Source: Leucoraja erinacea (taxonomy: Eukaryota). From it: DNA of 64,000 nt. Of this stretch, positions 11,116 through 23,374 are shown piece after piece (within the stretch, counting starts at the first letter, position 1; each line of letters begins with the position of its first letter). A program made the position numbers and the translations under genes. The notes beneath the pieces were generated by a model. That model saw only the letters and a list, made by a program, of their open reading frames with translations, was not told where the DNA came from and did no database searches. Where the stretch lies: NCBI RefSeq assembly GCF_028641065.1, contig NC_073387.1, forward strand, positions 21,886,001-21,950,000, read 5' to 3'.

Positions 11116-13211
11116 CTAGAAAAATATAAGATCAGAGAGATGAGTTTTAAAGCTGACCGGGTGTGGCGGACTAATCATTTCAGAAAAAAAAGAGAACATA
11201 GCATCTCGACTGTGATGTCAGTGTAGGTGGTGAAGACGGGAACAGATGAGTATGAAAAATGTACTTAATGGGTATGTGACGTGCAGGGAATTGGTGGAAA
11301 TGGAATTTATGGAAGGATGGAATTCGTTGTGATAAACATGGTGGCCAGCGTCGATGCGTTGTACCGACAGATCTGTTTCTATGTTCTACACCTCTATGCA
11401 AAATAGAATGAAGAACTAAGCCGACATTTTAACAGATGGAAGATGAGGCGCTGTTTTTCAAGCGTGCTCGATCTGGAGTCCTGCAAGTCAGAGACAAAAG
11501 CATCAGCTCATGCTGAAATTTTGAATTAAACTGAAAAGGAACCGGAAAATATGTATCTTTACTGCAGACGTGCTCTGCAAAGAATGGCGCAATCCTCTCA
11601 GTGTTTCAACACACTCGCCACATTGGGTAGACCAATACTTACATTGTATAGGGAGAAGAGAAAGCAAATCACTGCTTCACCGGGGATAATTTCACGTCCT
11701 GTATGGTGGAAGGGAATCTGTAAAATAACGAACGTGAAACGTTTTGTGGTTTCATGGAAAACTGTAAAGAACGGTCAGTGGTCGGTATGGTCAGAAGACC
11801 AGAATAGGGATCGATGAAGGAGTGATACATTTGAACTACGAATCAGGCAGGGTAGTATATATGTGCTCAGTAGCGAAATGTTCGAATTGTATTGAACGTG
11901 AAAGCTAGTGAGTGGAAGATGACAAACACCTACACTTTTTTTAAACGTTTCGTACTGTTTTATCAGGAACTGGATTCTTTTTTTATTGTTTTTATTTTAT
12001 GCGTGAAATGTTTAAGTTTTATGTGCGATGCTCCGGTATTCCCTGGGAAACGTCTTCTCATTTTGTACTGTACAACGTTGCTTTGCAATATGACAATAAA
12101 CGATTATGATGATGATGATGGTGTTAGCAGTACGTTACACATATCAAAAAGCACAATCTGAGCCTCATGGTTACGACTACATTCGCTCGTTTTCCTCTCC
12201 CTCTCAGAGATAAAACATTTATTCCATTAATACCTTCCTCGACTTCTGTTACTTCCAAACTATAGTCTTTTAACTCTTAGTCAGTTTGCCAAATTACCCG
12301 TTTCGCAACATAGAATGTTACTTTGACCCACATGTGCAGCACCGCATGTTCAGTGTTTCTCGTCTCAACTCACATGCTCCCCACCAAATAACAACTTGCA
12401 AATGTTTTGCCAATCCTCATTTTTACCATGAACGATGTCGCCTTGCATTTTCATTCCACATCAGGATATCAAGGCATTCAGTTTCATCTAAGAATAGAGG
12501 TTCAACCAGTTCACCTCAACCTATGCTGACCCCCACATGAATCAACTGGCAAAATTACTATCATCACCTGGATCCACTTGCTATCGGTTGCTCCAAGCCT
12601 TACTATCGACCATTTTCAACCAGCAACCTTCCTCTCCTCTCGTCACCAAGGGTTCGATACCAAACGTCTTATGCCAGTTTATCTCCACAGATGCTGCCTG
12701 ACTTTCTGATTTCCTCCAGCATGTTGAGCTCAAAATTCCAGCATCTGCAATCTCTTGTGATTCTAATATATGAGCATAATTATTTCCTTCGCCAGCTGAT
12801 TATTGTTATAGGTATTGTCTGTACCACAAACTATAAGCAATTATTCAAGAACATGTCGGTAGAATGCACCAGAGAAAACTTCAACCTAAATTCCACATAT
12901 TAGTACTTCAGCCACGTAAGTAGCTCCAGGTACCCTGGTCATTTGCGTAATTGGCTAAATGGCAACGCGGCTGTGCAACATTTTGCAGTGACAAGCTGAA
13001 ATACTGCCTTCGGAATTTAAAGATGCAATTTCATGATGTTTTCATTCCAGTTGCAGGAAATTTTATTTTGGACAATTACAACTTTACACCAATTTAAACG
13101 AAAAAGAGAAAAGATGCACCAAGAGAACGTTTTCTTAAATATTTCACTCGCACTGATTCACATCCTTCAGCAGAAATAAAATGGTCGCACACAAAATTAC
13201 CATTCCTTAAT

Positions 13212-15617
13212 CTACGTATCGACGTAATTTAGCATTGGTCTTGAGAGGTGGGAGCACCACATAGCTTCAGGAACAGAAAATCGCTTTTCGCTGACTCTGG
13301 AGACAGGCAGACCGAGCATTGATTCAGTTCTGGTCCTCGCACTACTCGGCCTGCCCCCAGGATAACGTAATGTTTCCTCCATCGCAGATATTCCATTAAA
13401 CGTGCCATGCGAAACCCCGCCGTTGTAACAATAACTGGGAGAGTTATACTCTTGGGTAATATTTCTGCCCTGTTTGTACTTGATACCAATCAACAGAATG
13501 ATGATCAGAAGAAAGACCACGGAAGTGCAACTGAAAATGACGATTAAATAAACGTTTGGATCAGAGAAATATTCTGGATTCTTCACCAAGGTGCTGCTTT
13601 CGCTGATTCCTTCAGTGCTGTTCTCCAAAACTCTAATGTTCATTGTAATTGTGCTGGACAGGCTTGGCTGCCCTTTGTCCCTAACCAAGATGATTAGAGT
13701 TTGTACAGCAGTGTCTGACTGGAAAACATTGCGCGCTGTTCTAACATCTCCGGAATGTTGTCCAACGTTGTACAAACCGGGGACGGTAGTTTTCACTATT
13801 TGATAAAAGAGCTGCGCGTTCTGACCAGAATCTGCATCAGTTGCCATTATCTTGCTGACCAAGTACCCTTGACCTGCTGACCGGGGTACGGTATCCACTG
13901 CTGCTGACCCACTTAGTTCTGAAGGTGAAATTATTACCGGCGCGTTGTCATTTTGATCCAGGATGACCACGTTCACCATGGCGCTGCTACTCAACGGAGG
14001 CACCCCGGCGTCACGGGCTTGAACATGGATCTGGAAGTTTTTTAGTTCCTCATAATCAAAGGAACGCAGTGCGTAAATAGTACCGTTAATTGAATTGATA
14101 GTGAGGTAAGTGGATACTGGCACATTGTGTATATGGTTATCGAGAAAGGAGAAGGAAATATAGGAATTTTGATCCAGATCAGGATCTGTTGCAGTTACTG
14201 TGGAAATGGACGCACCCGGAGCGTTGTTCTCCATTATATATATGTTGTAGGATGACTCTGTGAATTGTGGTTCGTTATCGTTAACGTCCGAAATTGCAAT
14301 CTGGATGGTTGTATTTGATGAGAGTGACGGCGACCCCAAGTCCCAGGCTGAAATAAGAATGTTATACTCAGGGATGGCTTCACGGTCCAACGTTTCACTC
14401 GTGGTTAATTTATAGTTGTTCGATACCTTTTGCAGTCGAAATGGGACGTTCTTTTGTCTTAACTCGCAACGTACTTGACCGTTCGCTCCAGAATCACGAT
14501 CCATCACATTAATCAGACATATGAAACTTCCTGGTGGCGCATTTTCCGGGATTTTGTTGCAAGGTGATGGTACCTTTATCTCAGGTGCGTTGTCGTTCAC
14601 ATCAGTGACTTTGATCAGTACTTTGGAGTGTCCTGTCATTGCAGGGGAACCGTGGTCCTGGGCTCGAATATCCAGAGAATAGCTGTTTACTTGTTCAAAA
14701 TCTAGAAGCCCTTTGACTCGAAGCTCCCCAGTAACTGGGTCTAAACTGAATAATTTTCGCGCTCTTATCAAAGAAATATCACTAAAACAATACGTCAGCT
14801 CCGAATTCAGTCCTTCGTCCAAATCATTTGCTTTGACTTTCAGCACCAACGTACCCCGCGGCGCGTTCTCACTTACGATGCCTCTGTAAATATCATGATC
14901 GAACACAGGTGGATTATCGTTGATTTCCAATACAGTAATGATAATCTGAGCTGTGGCTGATCTCTGAGGGGTGCCACCATCAGTCGCCGTAAACAAGAGT
15001 TGAAATGATGATTGCTGCTCTCGGTCCAAAGATTTCCCTAACAGCAACTCGGCAATCATAATACCGTCTTCGGCTCTCTGTGTTTTTAGAATAAAGTGCT
15101 CACTGGAGCTGATTGTGTAAGCGGCCACGGTATTTGTACCAATGTCGGGATCATCCGCCCCCTCGAGTCGGAAACGTACACCGGGCGCACTGGCTTCCGA
15201 TATCTGCAAGACAATGCTGCTCTGCGGGAAAGTGGGGGAATTGTCATTTACATCAAGAATCTCCAATTCCCCGTGATACACCTCCAAGGGGTTTTCCAAT
15301 ATTGTTTCGAAATGTACAGTACATTTATCATTCTGTCCACAAATACGATCCCGGTCGATTTTTTCACGAATAGACATTATTCCATTGTCCAAACTGACCT
15401 TCATGTACCGCCCTCCGTCATCAGAGCTCAGTCGGAATTTGCGAGCTGACAATTGCCGTACGTTGAGGCCCAAATCCACAGCGATATTCCCAACAAATGC
15501 CCCTTGCTCCATTTCCTCGGGAATGGAATAACGAATTTGCCCGGAGATAGGACCTGGTGCACATATCGCAAATATGCAAGCAAATGCTATGAGGGCAAAC
15601 CTCGGTACGTACGCCAT
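13212..15617 (-). CDS. Clustered protocadherin gene G3; +1 frameshift in the cytoplasmic tail (conserved stop at 13229)
   Basis: ORF 13212..15635, ATG at 15617; ectodomain and TM intact. One extra C in the C-run at ~13354-13358 moves the conserved tail (GRVVRGPELNQCSVCLSPESAKSDFLFLK) into another frame. Confidence 0.9.
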   Translation of the reverse strand: MAYVPRFALIAFACIFAICAPGPISGQIRYSIPEEMEQGAFVGNIAVDLGLNVRQLSARKFRLSSDDGGRYMKVSLDNGIMSIREKIDRDRICGQNDKCTVHFETILENPLEVYHGELEILDVNDNSPTFPQSSIVLQISEASAPGVRFRLEGADDPDIGTNTVAAYTISSSEHFILKTQRAEDGIMIAELLLGKSLDREQQSSFQLLFTATDGGTPQRSATAQIIITVLEINDNPPVFDHDIYRGIVSENAPRGTLVLKVKANDLDEGLNSELTYCFSDISLIRARKLFSLDPVTGELRVKGLLDFEQVNSYSLDIRAQDHGSPAMTGHSKVLIKVTDVNDNAPEIKVPSPCNKIPENAPPGSFICLINVMDRDSGANGQVRCELRQKNVPFRLQKVSNNYKLTTSETLDREAIPEYNILISAWDLGSPSLSSNTTIQIAISDVNDNEPQFTESSYNIYIMENNAPGASISTVTATDPDLDQNSYISFSFLDNHIHNVPVSTYLTINSINGTIYALRSFDYEELKNFQIHVQARDAGVPPLSSSAMVNVVILDQNDNAPVIISPSELSGSAAVDTVPRSAGQGYLVSKIMATDADSGQNAQLFYQIVKTTVPGLYNVGQHSGDVRTARNVFQSDTAVQTLIILVRDKGQPSLSSTITMNIRVLENSTEGISESSTLVKNPEYFSDPNVYLIVIFSCTSVVFLLIIILLIGIKYKQGRNITQEYNSPSYCYNGGVSHGTFNGISAMEETLRYPGGRPSSARTRTESMLGLPVSRVSEKRFSVPEAMWCSHLSRPMLNYVDT

Positions 15618-15858
15618 TATACCGCGCTCTGTCAAAGTCCAACACAGGGCCTCTCCTCGAGTAATCAGTGCAAATGGTCAAATCACGAAATAAGTATTCA
15701 CAGATATTCCCAATACCGAATCGAAACAGACGGGAAAACTATCCTCTGCCTCTTTCGTCAATCTAAACGCAGACACTGTTCGCTTCTCTCGTCGCGTCTG
15801 ACGTTTTTATTCTGGGATGTGGGAGGGACAATGGATCCATCTCTATACTTGAGCTTCT

Positions 15859-15903
15859 CATTGGTAGACAGCGACACGACCAGTCCTTTTCAACAACTGC
15901 AGC
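15859..15903 (-). promoter_or_regulatory. Pcdh promoter CSE, G3
   Basis: CATTGGTAGACAGCGACACGACCAGTCCTTTTCAACAACTGCAG on the plus strand. Confidence 0.8.
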
Positions 15904-17549
15904 TGCAATTCTTAAAGCTGTACTGCTCTCCTATACATTTAATGGCGTGAATCTGTAAAACGTCCTCTTTAAAAAGAATCTTGAAGAAGGAACTTTTCTT
16001 TACACTTAACTTCGAAAGTGAAATCCCCAGAACGTTATCACGTTCTGTCTGTTCATTCAGAATTCCATAACGAAAACATAGATGGCATCATTATTTCTAT
16101 GATGCCACACATCATATCGGATATATAATTTTTGCTTACAGATGTTTGAACCTTTACAGTCGCACATTAGGGCAGTAAGAAAATATATTAATGCAACGAC
16201 TACATAATTTTCCCTTCTTTGGTAAGGGAATTTCATTATCACTTTTCAAATTTTGGAGAATATAATACTTTCAATTGGCCGATTGTTGAACCAACTTCCT
16301 GTTTAATGTGACTGTTTTAGAAATACATCGTCACGCCCAGGTCAAGCCAGGTTTATTGACACGAGCATGCATAGGCAAGCAGAGGCACTGCTGCAATGTG
16401 AATCTTGCTTGCAGCAGCTTCACTAGCACATAACACAGCAGACCCCGACAGATATTGTAGGAAGCATGGAAAATAGGTGTCGGTGTGAGGTTTTGAGCAG
16501 GAAATTAGGTGAATTGTTGATTCTTATTTAACTTGAGATTCTCTGTTTCGTTTTTCGGGGTTTTTTTCCATTGGTTTTGTTAATGCAATTTGCAACTAAA
16601 TGAATGAATTACTAACTAATCCGCAGATTTGTTCTCATTTAAAATGAGCCCCAGTTAACACTAATCTCTTGGTACTACACTTACCGTGTAAAACTGCCTT
16701 TTCAGTGAACGTTAACAAGGTGGCCCAAAGTACTTGTAATGTTTTTAGGCAATTGGAGTTTCATTTCTGCTGCTGGAGTTTGCAGTGAATGTTCAACGTC
16801 ATACATGACCCAGGCAAAGTTTGAATGGGACACGTTTTGATGACGTGGTGGATAGAATCTACGTCTTCTTTAATTAAACGGAATGCATTGATCATGTTCG
16901 CCATTGGTTGAAAATGTTCTGAATATATCTGATGCCACACTTGGTTCACTGGATGTCAATTGCAAGTCATTCTTAAGTTAGCGCTGGGTTTCACCTTTTA
17001 TATTCCATTGCCAAACAAAGGTTTGCCATGACTGAACCACACGAGACTAGCAAAAAAATTCTAATAGCAATAAAATGAATATCAACCGAATAATTGTAAT
17101 AAAATCTGAAAAAAAGATCCAAATCAACGCGAAACACTGCAGGTGAGATTAGAGATAATTCCTTCCACCAAACAAGAGGCATACTGATATCGCTATATAG
17201 CAATTGAATGACAAGCAGTCAACTGTGCAACAACAACTGAAAATGCTGAAAACGCTCATCGATTCTAATATAATCCGAGGAAAGATATACAATCAACGCT
17301 TCGGGCCCTGGATCCTCTATCTGAACTATGAAATGTGCTATTTTTCCATAACAGCGAGCATGGGAATTAAAGGAGAAAAAATAGGATTTTTTTTCTCAGA
17401 GGCAAGACCAAATGAATATACATCCTGTAATCACCTCAATATAAGAGATCGGCGACTTCATTGTTTCTGTGGTGTATGGCGAACAACATGGGAATGGGAC
17501 CTAGATGAGAATGGGGCCAAGATCGTTCCTTGATGAGACCTAGCAGGAA

Positions 17550-18060
17550 TAAAGGGAATGGGACATGTTCAGGTCATTGAACAGCTGTGGATTTTGGATT
17601 AAAGCAATTTGTTCTTTAAAAATGAGAAGAGTGGTAGACAGGATCGTGTAGAATGCATATGGCATGATTGCCTTCCTCAGTAGCGGTACTGATTGAAATA
17701 GTTGAGGTCTATTGCAGTTGAATAAAACATTGCTTGGGCTGGATTTCAATTATTGTGTGCACGTCTGGTAAGCACAATATGTAAGCGATTGGGTTAAGCC
17801 AGAGTGGGAGCAGGCCACACTCCAAAGAACGTTGCCAGGATGGGAGGGTTATGTCATGAGGGGAGATTGTATAGGCCAGAACTGTATTCCTCTGGATAGA
17901 ACACAGCTGAGCGATGCCATGACCCAAACACTTAGGGCACGGATAAGGTAGATGGCCAATAAGCATATCCAAATGTAAGGCGCCCAAAAACTAGAGGATG
18001 GGTTTTAGGATCAGAAAGAGTACTTTTAAAGTCGACCGGATGGCTAATCATTTCAGAACA
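17550..18060 (+). mobile_element. Old, decayed CR1-type LINE remnant, co-duplicated in several spacers
   Basis: Degenerate coding for the CR1 ORF2 C-terminal stretch (VDR.V..AYGM.AF.S.G...LQL.KTL...LxYCV..W). Paralogous copies near 23955-24450, 33205-33600, 46175-46420 and 56895-57400. Confidence 0.5.
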
Positions 18061-18127
18061 AGGGAATATCGCATGTGGATTGAGATGACAGTTCATGTGG
18101 TGGAAACGGGAACAGGAAAGTGTATAA

Positions 18128-18735
18128 GAAGGAACTGCAGATGCTGGTTTAATCCGAAGATAGACACAAAAATATGGAATAACGCAGAGAGACAGGCAAC
18201 ATCTCTGGAGATAAGAATGGGTGGCGTTTCATGTCGAGATCCCCTTTGAGACCTGTTAGGGATAAGGACAACGAGAGAGGTAGACGACGATGTAGAGAGA
18301 TGAAGAACAATGATTGAAAGATTTGCAAAAGTAACGATCATAAAGGCAACAGGCCGTGGTTAGCTGTTTGTTGGGTGAAAACGAGAAGCTTGTGCGACTT
18401 GGGTGGGGAGGGATAGAGAGAGAGGGAATGCCGGCGTTACTTGAAGTTAGAGAAATCAATATTCATACCACTGTGCTGTAAGCTGTCCAAGCAAGATATG
18501 AGATGTTACTTTACCAATTTACGTTTAGCCTCACTCTGACAATGGATGAGACCTAGGAGAGAAAGGTCTGAGTGCGAAAGGGAAGGAGAATTAAAGTGTT
18601 TAGCAAACGGGCGATCAGGTAGGTTCAGGCGGACTGAGCGAAGGTGTTCAGCGAAACGATCGCCCAGCATCCATTCCTTTTTTTCCAGAGATGATACCTG
18701 TCCCGCTGAGTTACCCCAGCTTTTTGTGTCTATTT
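18128..18735 (-). mobile_element. Penelope-like element fragment (GIY-YIG C-terminus, pLTR, inverted pLTR piece)
   Basis: Minus strand encodes a degenerate LGDRFAEHLRSVRLNLPD...LHCQSEAKRKL...HIL stretch. 18668-18735 is an inverted copy of part of 18160-18225. Flanked by an imperfect ~15-bp TSD (CAG.TAAGTATGTAA); empty sites at ~11245 and ~57455. Confidence 0.8.
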
Positions 18736-20713
18736 CAGCTAAGTATGTAAAAAGTACTTAATGGGAAGGTGAATACATAGGGAATTGATGGATACGGAAT
18801 TAATGCAAGGGTGGAATTAATACAGATAAGCATGATGGTCGGCGTAGATGCGATGTAACGAATGGTTTGTTTATATGCCCAACACCTCGGCACACAACAG
18901 CTCGGCACACAAAAGCGCAAGACTAAACCGAAATGATAACATACAACAGTGGCTTGTCCGTATGGAAGATGAGACGCTATTTTTGAAACGTGCGTCTTTG
19001 CTTTACCCTTGTTCCAATCGTGCTGGAAATCAGAGAAAAAAAAGATTAGCTAGCGTGAAATTGTAAATGAAAATGTTAAACAAACGGGGAAAAAAACTGC
19101 TTAATTCCTGCAGATTGTACGCACGTGTGCTACAATGCAATGTTACAACCATCTTTCAGTGTCTCCAAAACAATGTTACCACAGTGGGAAGACCAAATGT
19201 TTACATTATATTGACGGAAGAGCAAGCAGGTCACTGCTTCACCGGGAAGAATTTGCCGTCCTTTACGCTGGAAGGGAATTGGTAAAAGAACGAAAGTTAC
19301 ACGTTTTGTGGTTTCATAGGAAACTGCCAAAGGATGGTGAATGGCCGGTAAGGTCGGATGACTAGAATAGGGACTGATGGATGAGTGGTACTTTTGAATT
19401 GTTAAACAGGCAGGGAAGGGGAATCTGTACACAGTGAAGGAATTTTGTTTGAATTGAGGTAATTTGCATTGAATGTGAACGTTTGTGAGTGGAAGATAAC
19501 ACATGGGGAAACCATGTTCTTGTTCCATCCAGAGGGGGTGGGTAGTGAGATGTTGGGAACCGATCCCTTCCTGATTTCCGGGCGCGTAGTAGCTTACGTA
19601 GAGCAAAAACACAATTTGAACCGCACGGTCACACCTCCTACTGCTTTCGCTCGTTTTTCTTCTCCCTTTCAGACACAATACATTTATTCCATTAATACAG
19701 ACCTGTTCCTCACCTGTTCAATTAAATGCAAACTAAAGTGGTTTTACTTGTTCCTCAGCACGCCAAACTGCCCGTTCCTCAACATAGAATGCTGCTGTTC
19801 CCCGCATGTGCAGCCCAACGTGCTCTGTGCTTCCAGTCCCTCTTCCCGTGCTCTCCACCATTTTAATAACGTACTTTTTTTTGCCAATCCTCATTTTTAC
19901 AATGGATGACGTCGCTTTGCATTTTTATTCCGCATCAGGATGACATCAAAGCTTTATGATTCATCTAAAAATGGAGACTCAGCCTGTGCTATCCTCCACA
20001 AGAAGCAACTGCCAAAAATCCCCTCCTCACCTGGACCCAACTATCACTTGATATAGTTTTCTCTAAGCCTTCCCCTCGTCCATTTCTAACAACAATGCAA
20101 CTTTCCTGTGGCCATGATGGGCTCGACACCAAACGTCATCTGCCTGTTTCAATCCACGGATGCTGCCTGACTCACTGAGTTCCTCCAGTCAATCGTGCTC
20201 ATAATTATAACTTATTTCATGAATTTCATATAAATGAGCTTAATTATTTCCTTCATATGTTGATTATTATTAAAGTGCCATGCATATTTGTTGTACCGCG
20301 AACTATCAACAATACTTCCAGAATGCATGGATACGGAGTCAATGAACTCTTCAAATCAACTTTCGCATGTTAGCACTTCAGCTAAGTAAGTGGATCCAGG
20401 TACCCAGATCATTTAAGCGATTGACTAAATGGCAAAACGTTTGTGCACTATCCAATGACAAGCAGAAAGACTGCCTTCAGAAATAAAATTTGCAATTTCA
20501 AGATGTTTTCATTGCAGTTTTATTTTATTTTTTTCCAATTACAACCGTACTCCCATTTAAGCGACAGAGAAAAAAATGCAACAAGGGTAGGTTTTCTAAA
20601 CAATGCACTCGCACTGATTCACCCCCCCCCCCCCCCCCTCCTCCCCTACCCCCCAGCAGCAATTAAATGGCCGCATACTAAATGGGATTCTTCAATCTAC
20701 GTACCAGTGTTAT

Positions 20714-23085
20714 TTAGCTTTGAGCTTGAGAGGTGGGAGCGTCGCGTGGCTTCAGGAAGAGAAAATCGCTTTTCGCTGACTCTGGAGACAGACAGATTGA
20801 GTATTGATTCAGTTCTACCCCCCGGACTACGCGGCCCGTCCCAGGATAACACAATGTTTCCTCCATAGCTGATCTTCCATTAAACGTGCCGTGCGTAACC
20901 CCATGATTGTAACAATAACTAGTGGAGTTATGCCCTTGGATAATATTTCTGTCCTGTTTACACTTGATGCCAATCAACAGAATGATGATCAGAAGAAATA
21001 TCACGGAAGTGCAACTGAAAATGACGATTAAATAAACGTTTGGATCAGAGAAATATTCTGGAGTCTTCACCAAGGTACTGAGTTCGCTGATTCCTTCACT
21101 GCTGTTTCCCAAAACTCTAATGTTCATTGTAACTGTGCTGGACAGGCTTGGCTGCCCATTGTCCGTAACCAAGATGACTAGAGATTGTAAAGCAATATCC
21201 GACTGCAAACTATTGCGCGCTGTTCTGACTTCTCCGGAATGTTGTCCAACGTTGTACAAACCGGGGTCGGTAGATTTCACTATCTGATAAAAGAGCCGTG
21301 CGTTCTGACCAGAATCGGCATCAGTTGCCATTATCTTGGTGACCAAGTACCCTTCACCCGCTGACCGGGGTACGGTATCCACTGCTGCTGAAGGTGAAAC
21401 TATTACCGGCGCGTTGTCATTTTGATCCAGGATGATCACATTCACCATGGCGCTGCTACTCAACGGAGGCACCCCGGCGTCACGGGCTTGAACATGGATC
21501 TGGAAGTTTTTTAGTTCCTCATAATCAAAGGAACGCAGCGCGTGAATAGTACCGTTAATTGAATTGATAGTGAGGTAAGTGGATACTGGCATGTTTTGGA
21601 TATGGTTATCGAGAAAGGAGTAGGAAATATGGGAATTTTGTTCCAGATCAGGATCTGTTGCAGTTACTGTGCAAACGGACACACCCGGAGCGTTGTTCTC
21701 CATTATATATATGTTGTAGGATGACTCTGTGAATTGTGGTTCGTTATCGTTAACGTCCGAAATTGCAATCTGGATGGTTGTATTTGATGAGAGTGACGGC
21801 GACCCCAAGTCCCAGACTGAAATAAGAATGTTATACTCAGCGATGGCTTCACGGTCCAACGTTTCACTCGTGGTTAATTTATAGTTGTTCGATACCTTTT
21901 GCAGTCGAAATGGGACGTTCTTTTGTCTTAACTCGCAACGTACTTGACCGTTCGCTCCAGAATCACGATCCATTACATTAATCAGACATATGAAACGTCC
22001 TGGTGGCGCATTTTCCGGGATTTTGTTGCAAGGTGATGGTACATTTATCTCAGGTGCGTTGTCATTCGCATCAGTGACTTTGATCAGTACTTTGGAGTGT
22101 CCTGTCATTGCAGGGGAACCGTGGTCCTGGGCTCGAATATCCAGAGAATAGCTGTTTACTTGTTCAAAATCGAGAAGCCCTTTGACTCGAAGCTCCCCAG
22201 TGACTGGGTCTAAACTGAATAATTTTCGCGCTCTTATCAAAGAAATGTCACTAAAACAATATGTTAGTTCCGAATTCAGTCCTTCGTCCAAATCATTCGC
22301 TTTGACTTTCAGCACCAACGTACCCCGCGGCGCATTCTCACTTACACTGCCTCTGTAAATATCATGATCGAACACAGGTGGATTATCATTGTTATCGAAT
22401 ACAGTAATGAGAATCTGAGCAGTGGCTGATCTCTGTGGGGTTCCACCATCAGTCGCCGTAAGCAAGAGTTGAAATGATGATTGCTGCTCTCGTCCAAAGA
22501 TTTCCCTAACAGCAACTCGGCAATCATAATACCGTCTTCGGCTCTCTGTGTTTTTAGACTGAAGTGCTCACTGGAACTGATTGTATAAGCGGCCACGGTA
22601 TTTGTACCAATGTCGGGATCATCCGCGCCCTCGAGTCGGAAACGTACACCGGGCGCACTAGCTTCCGATATCTGCAAGACAATGCTGCTCTGCGAGAAAG
22701 TGGGGGAATTGTCATTTACATCAAGAATCTCCAATTCCCCGTGATACACCTCCAACGGGTTTTCCAGTATTGTTTCGAAATATACAGTGCATTTATTATT
22801 CTGTCCACAAATACGTTCCCGGTCGATTCTTTCACGAATAGACATGATTCCATTGTCCAAACTGACCTTCATGTACCGCCTTCCGTCATCAGAGCTCAGT
22901 CGGAATTTGCGAGCTGACAGTTCCCGTACATTCAGGCCCAAATCCACAGCGACATTCCCAACATATGCCCCTTGCACCATTTCCTCGGGAATAGAATAAC
23001 GAATTTGCCCGGAGATTGGACCCGGTGCACATATCACAAACATGCAAGCAAATGCTGTGAGGGCAAACCTCGGTATGTACGCCAT
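20714..23085 (-). CDS. Clustered protocadherin gene G4, broken by one 1-bp deletion at ~22492 (young pseudogene or assembly error)
   Basis: ORFs 22342..23103 and 20714..22465 join into a full Pcdh. CTCTCGTCC here vs CTCTCGGTCC in paralogs. Also a 15-bp in-frame deletion at the start of EC6 (SPSAAV vs SPSELSGSAAV). CSE and AATAAA retained. Confidence 0.8.
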
Positions 23086-23329
23086 CATTCCGCGCTCTGT
23101 CAAAGTCCAACACAGGGCCTCTCCTCGAGTAATCCGTGCGAATCGTCAAACCACGAAATAAAAATTCACATATATTCCCAATACCGAATCGAAACAGACG
23201 GGAAATCTATCCTCCTCACCCTGTTTCGTCAATCAAAACGCAGGCACTGCTCGCCTCTCAACACACGTCTGACGTTTTTATTCTCGGATATGGGAGGGAC
23301 AATGGATCCATCTCTGTGCTTGAGCTTTT

Positions 23330-23374
23330 CATTGGTAGACAGCGACACGACCAGTTCTTTTCAGCAACTGCAGC
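23330..23374 (-). promoter_or_regulatory. Pcdh promoter CSE, G4
   Basis: CATTGGTAGACAGCGACACGACCAGTTCTTTTCAGCAACTGCAG. Confidence 0.8.
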
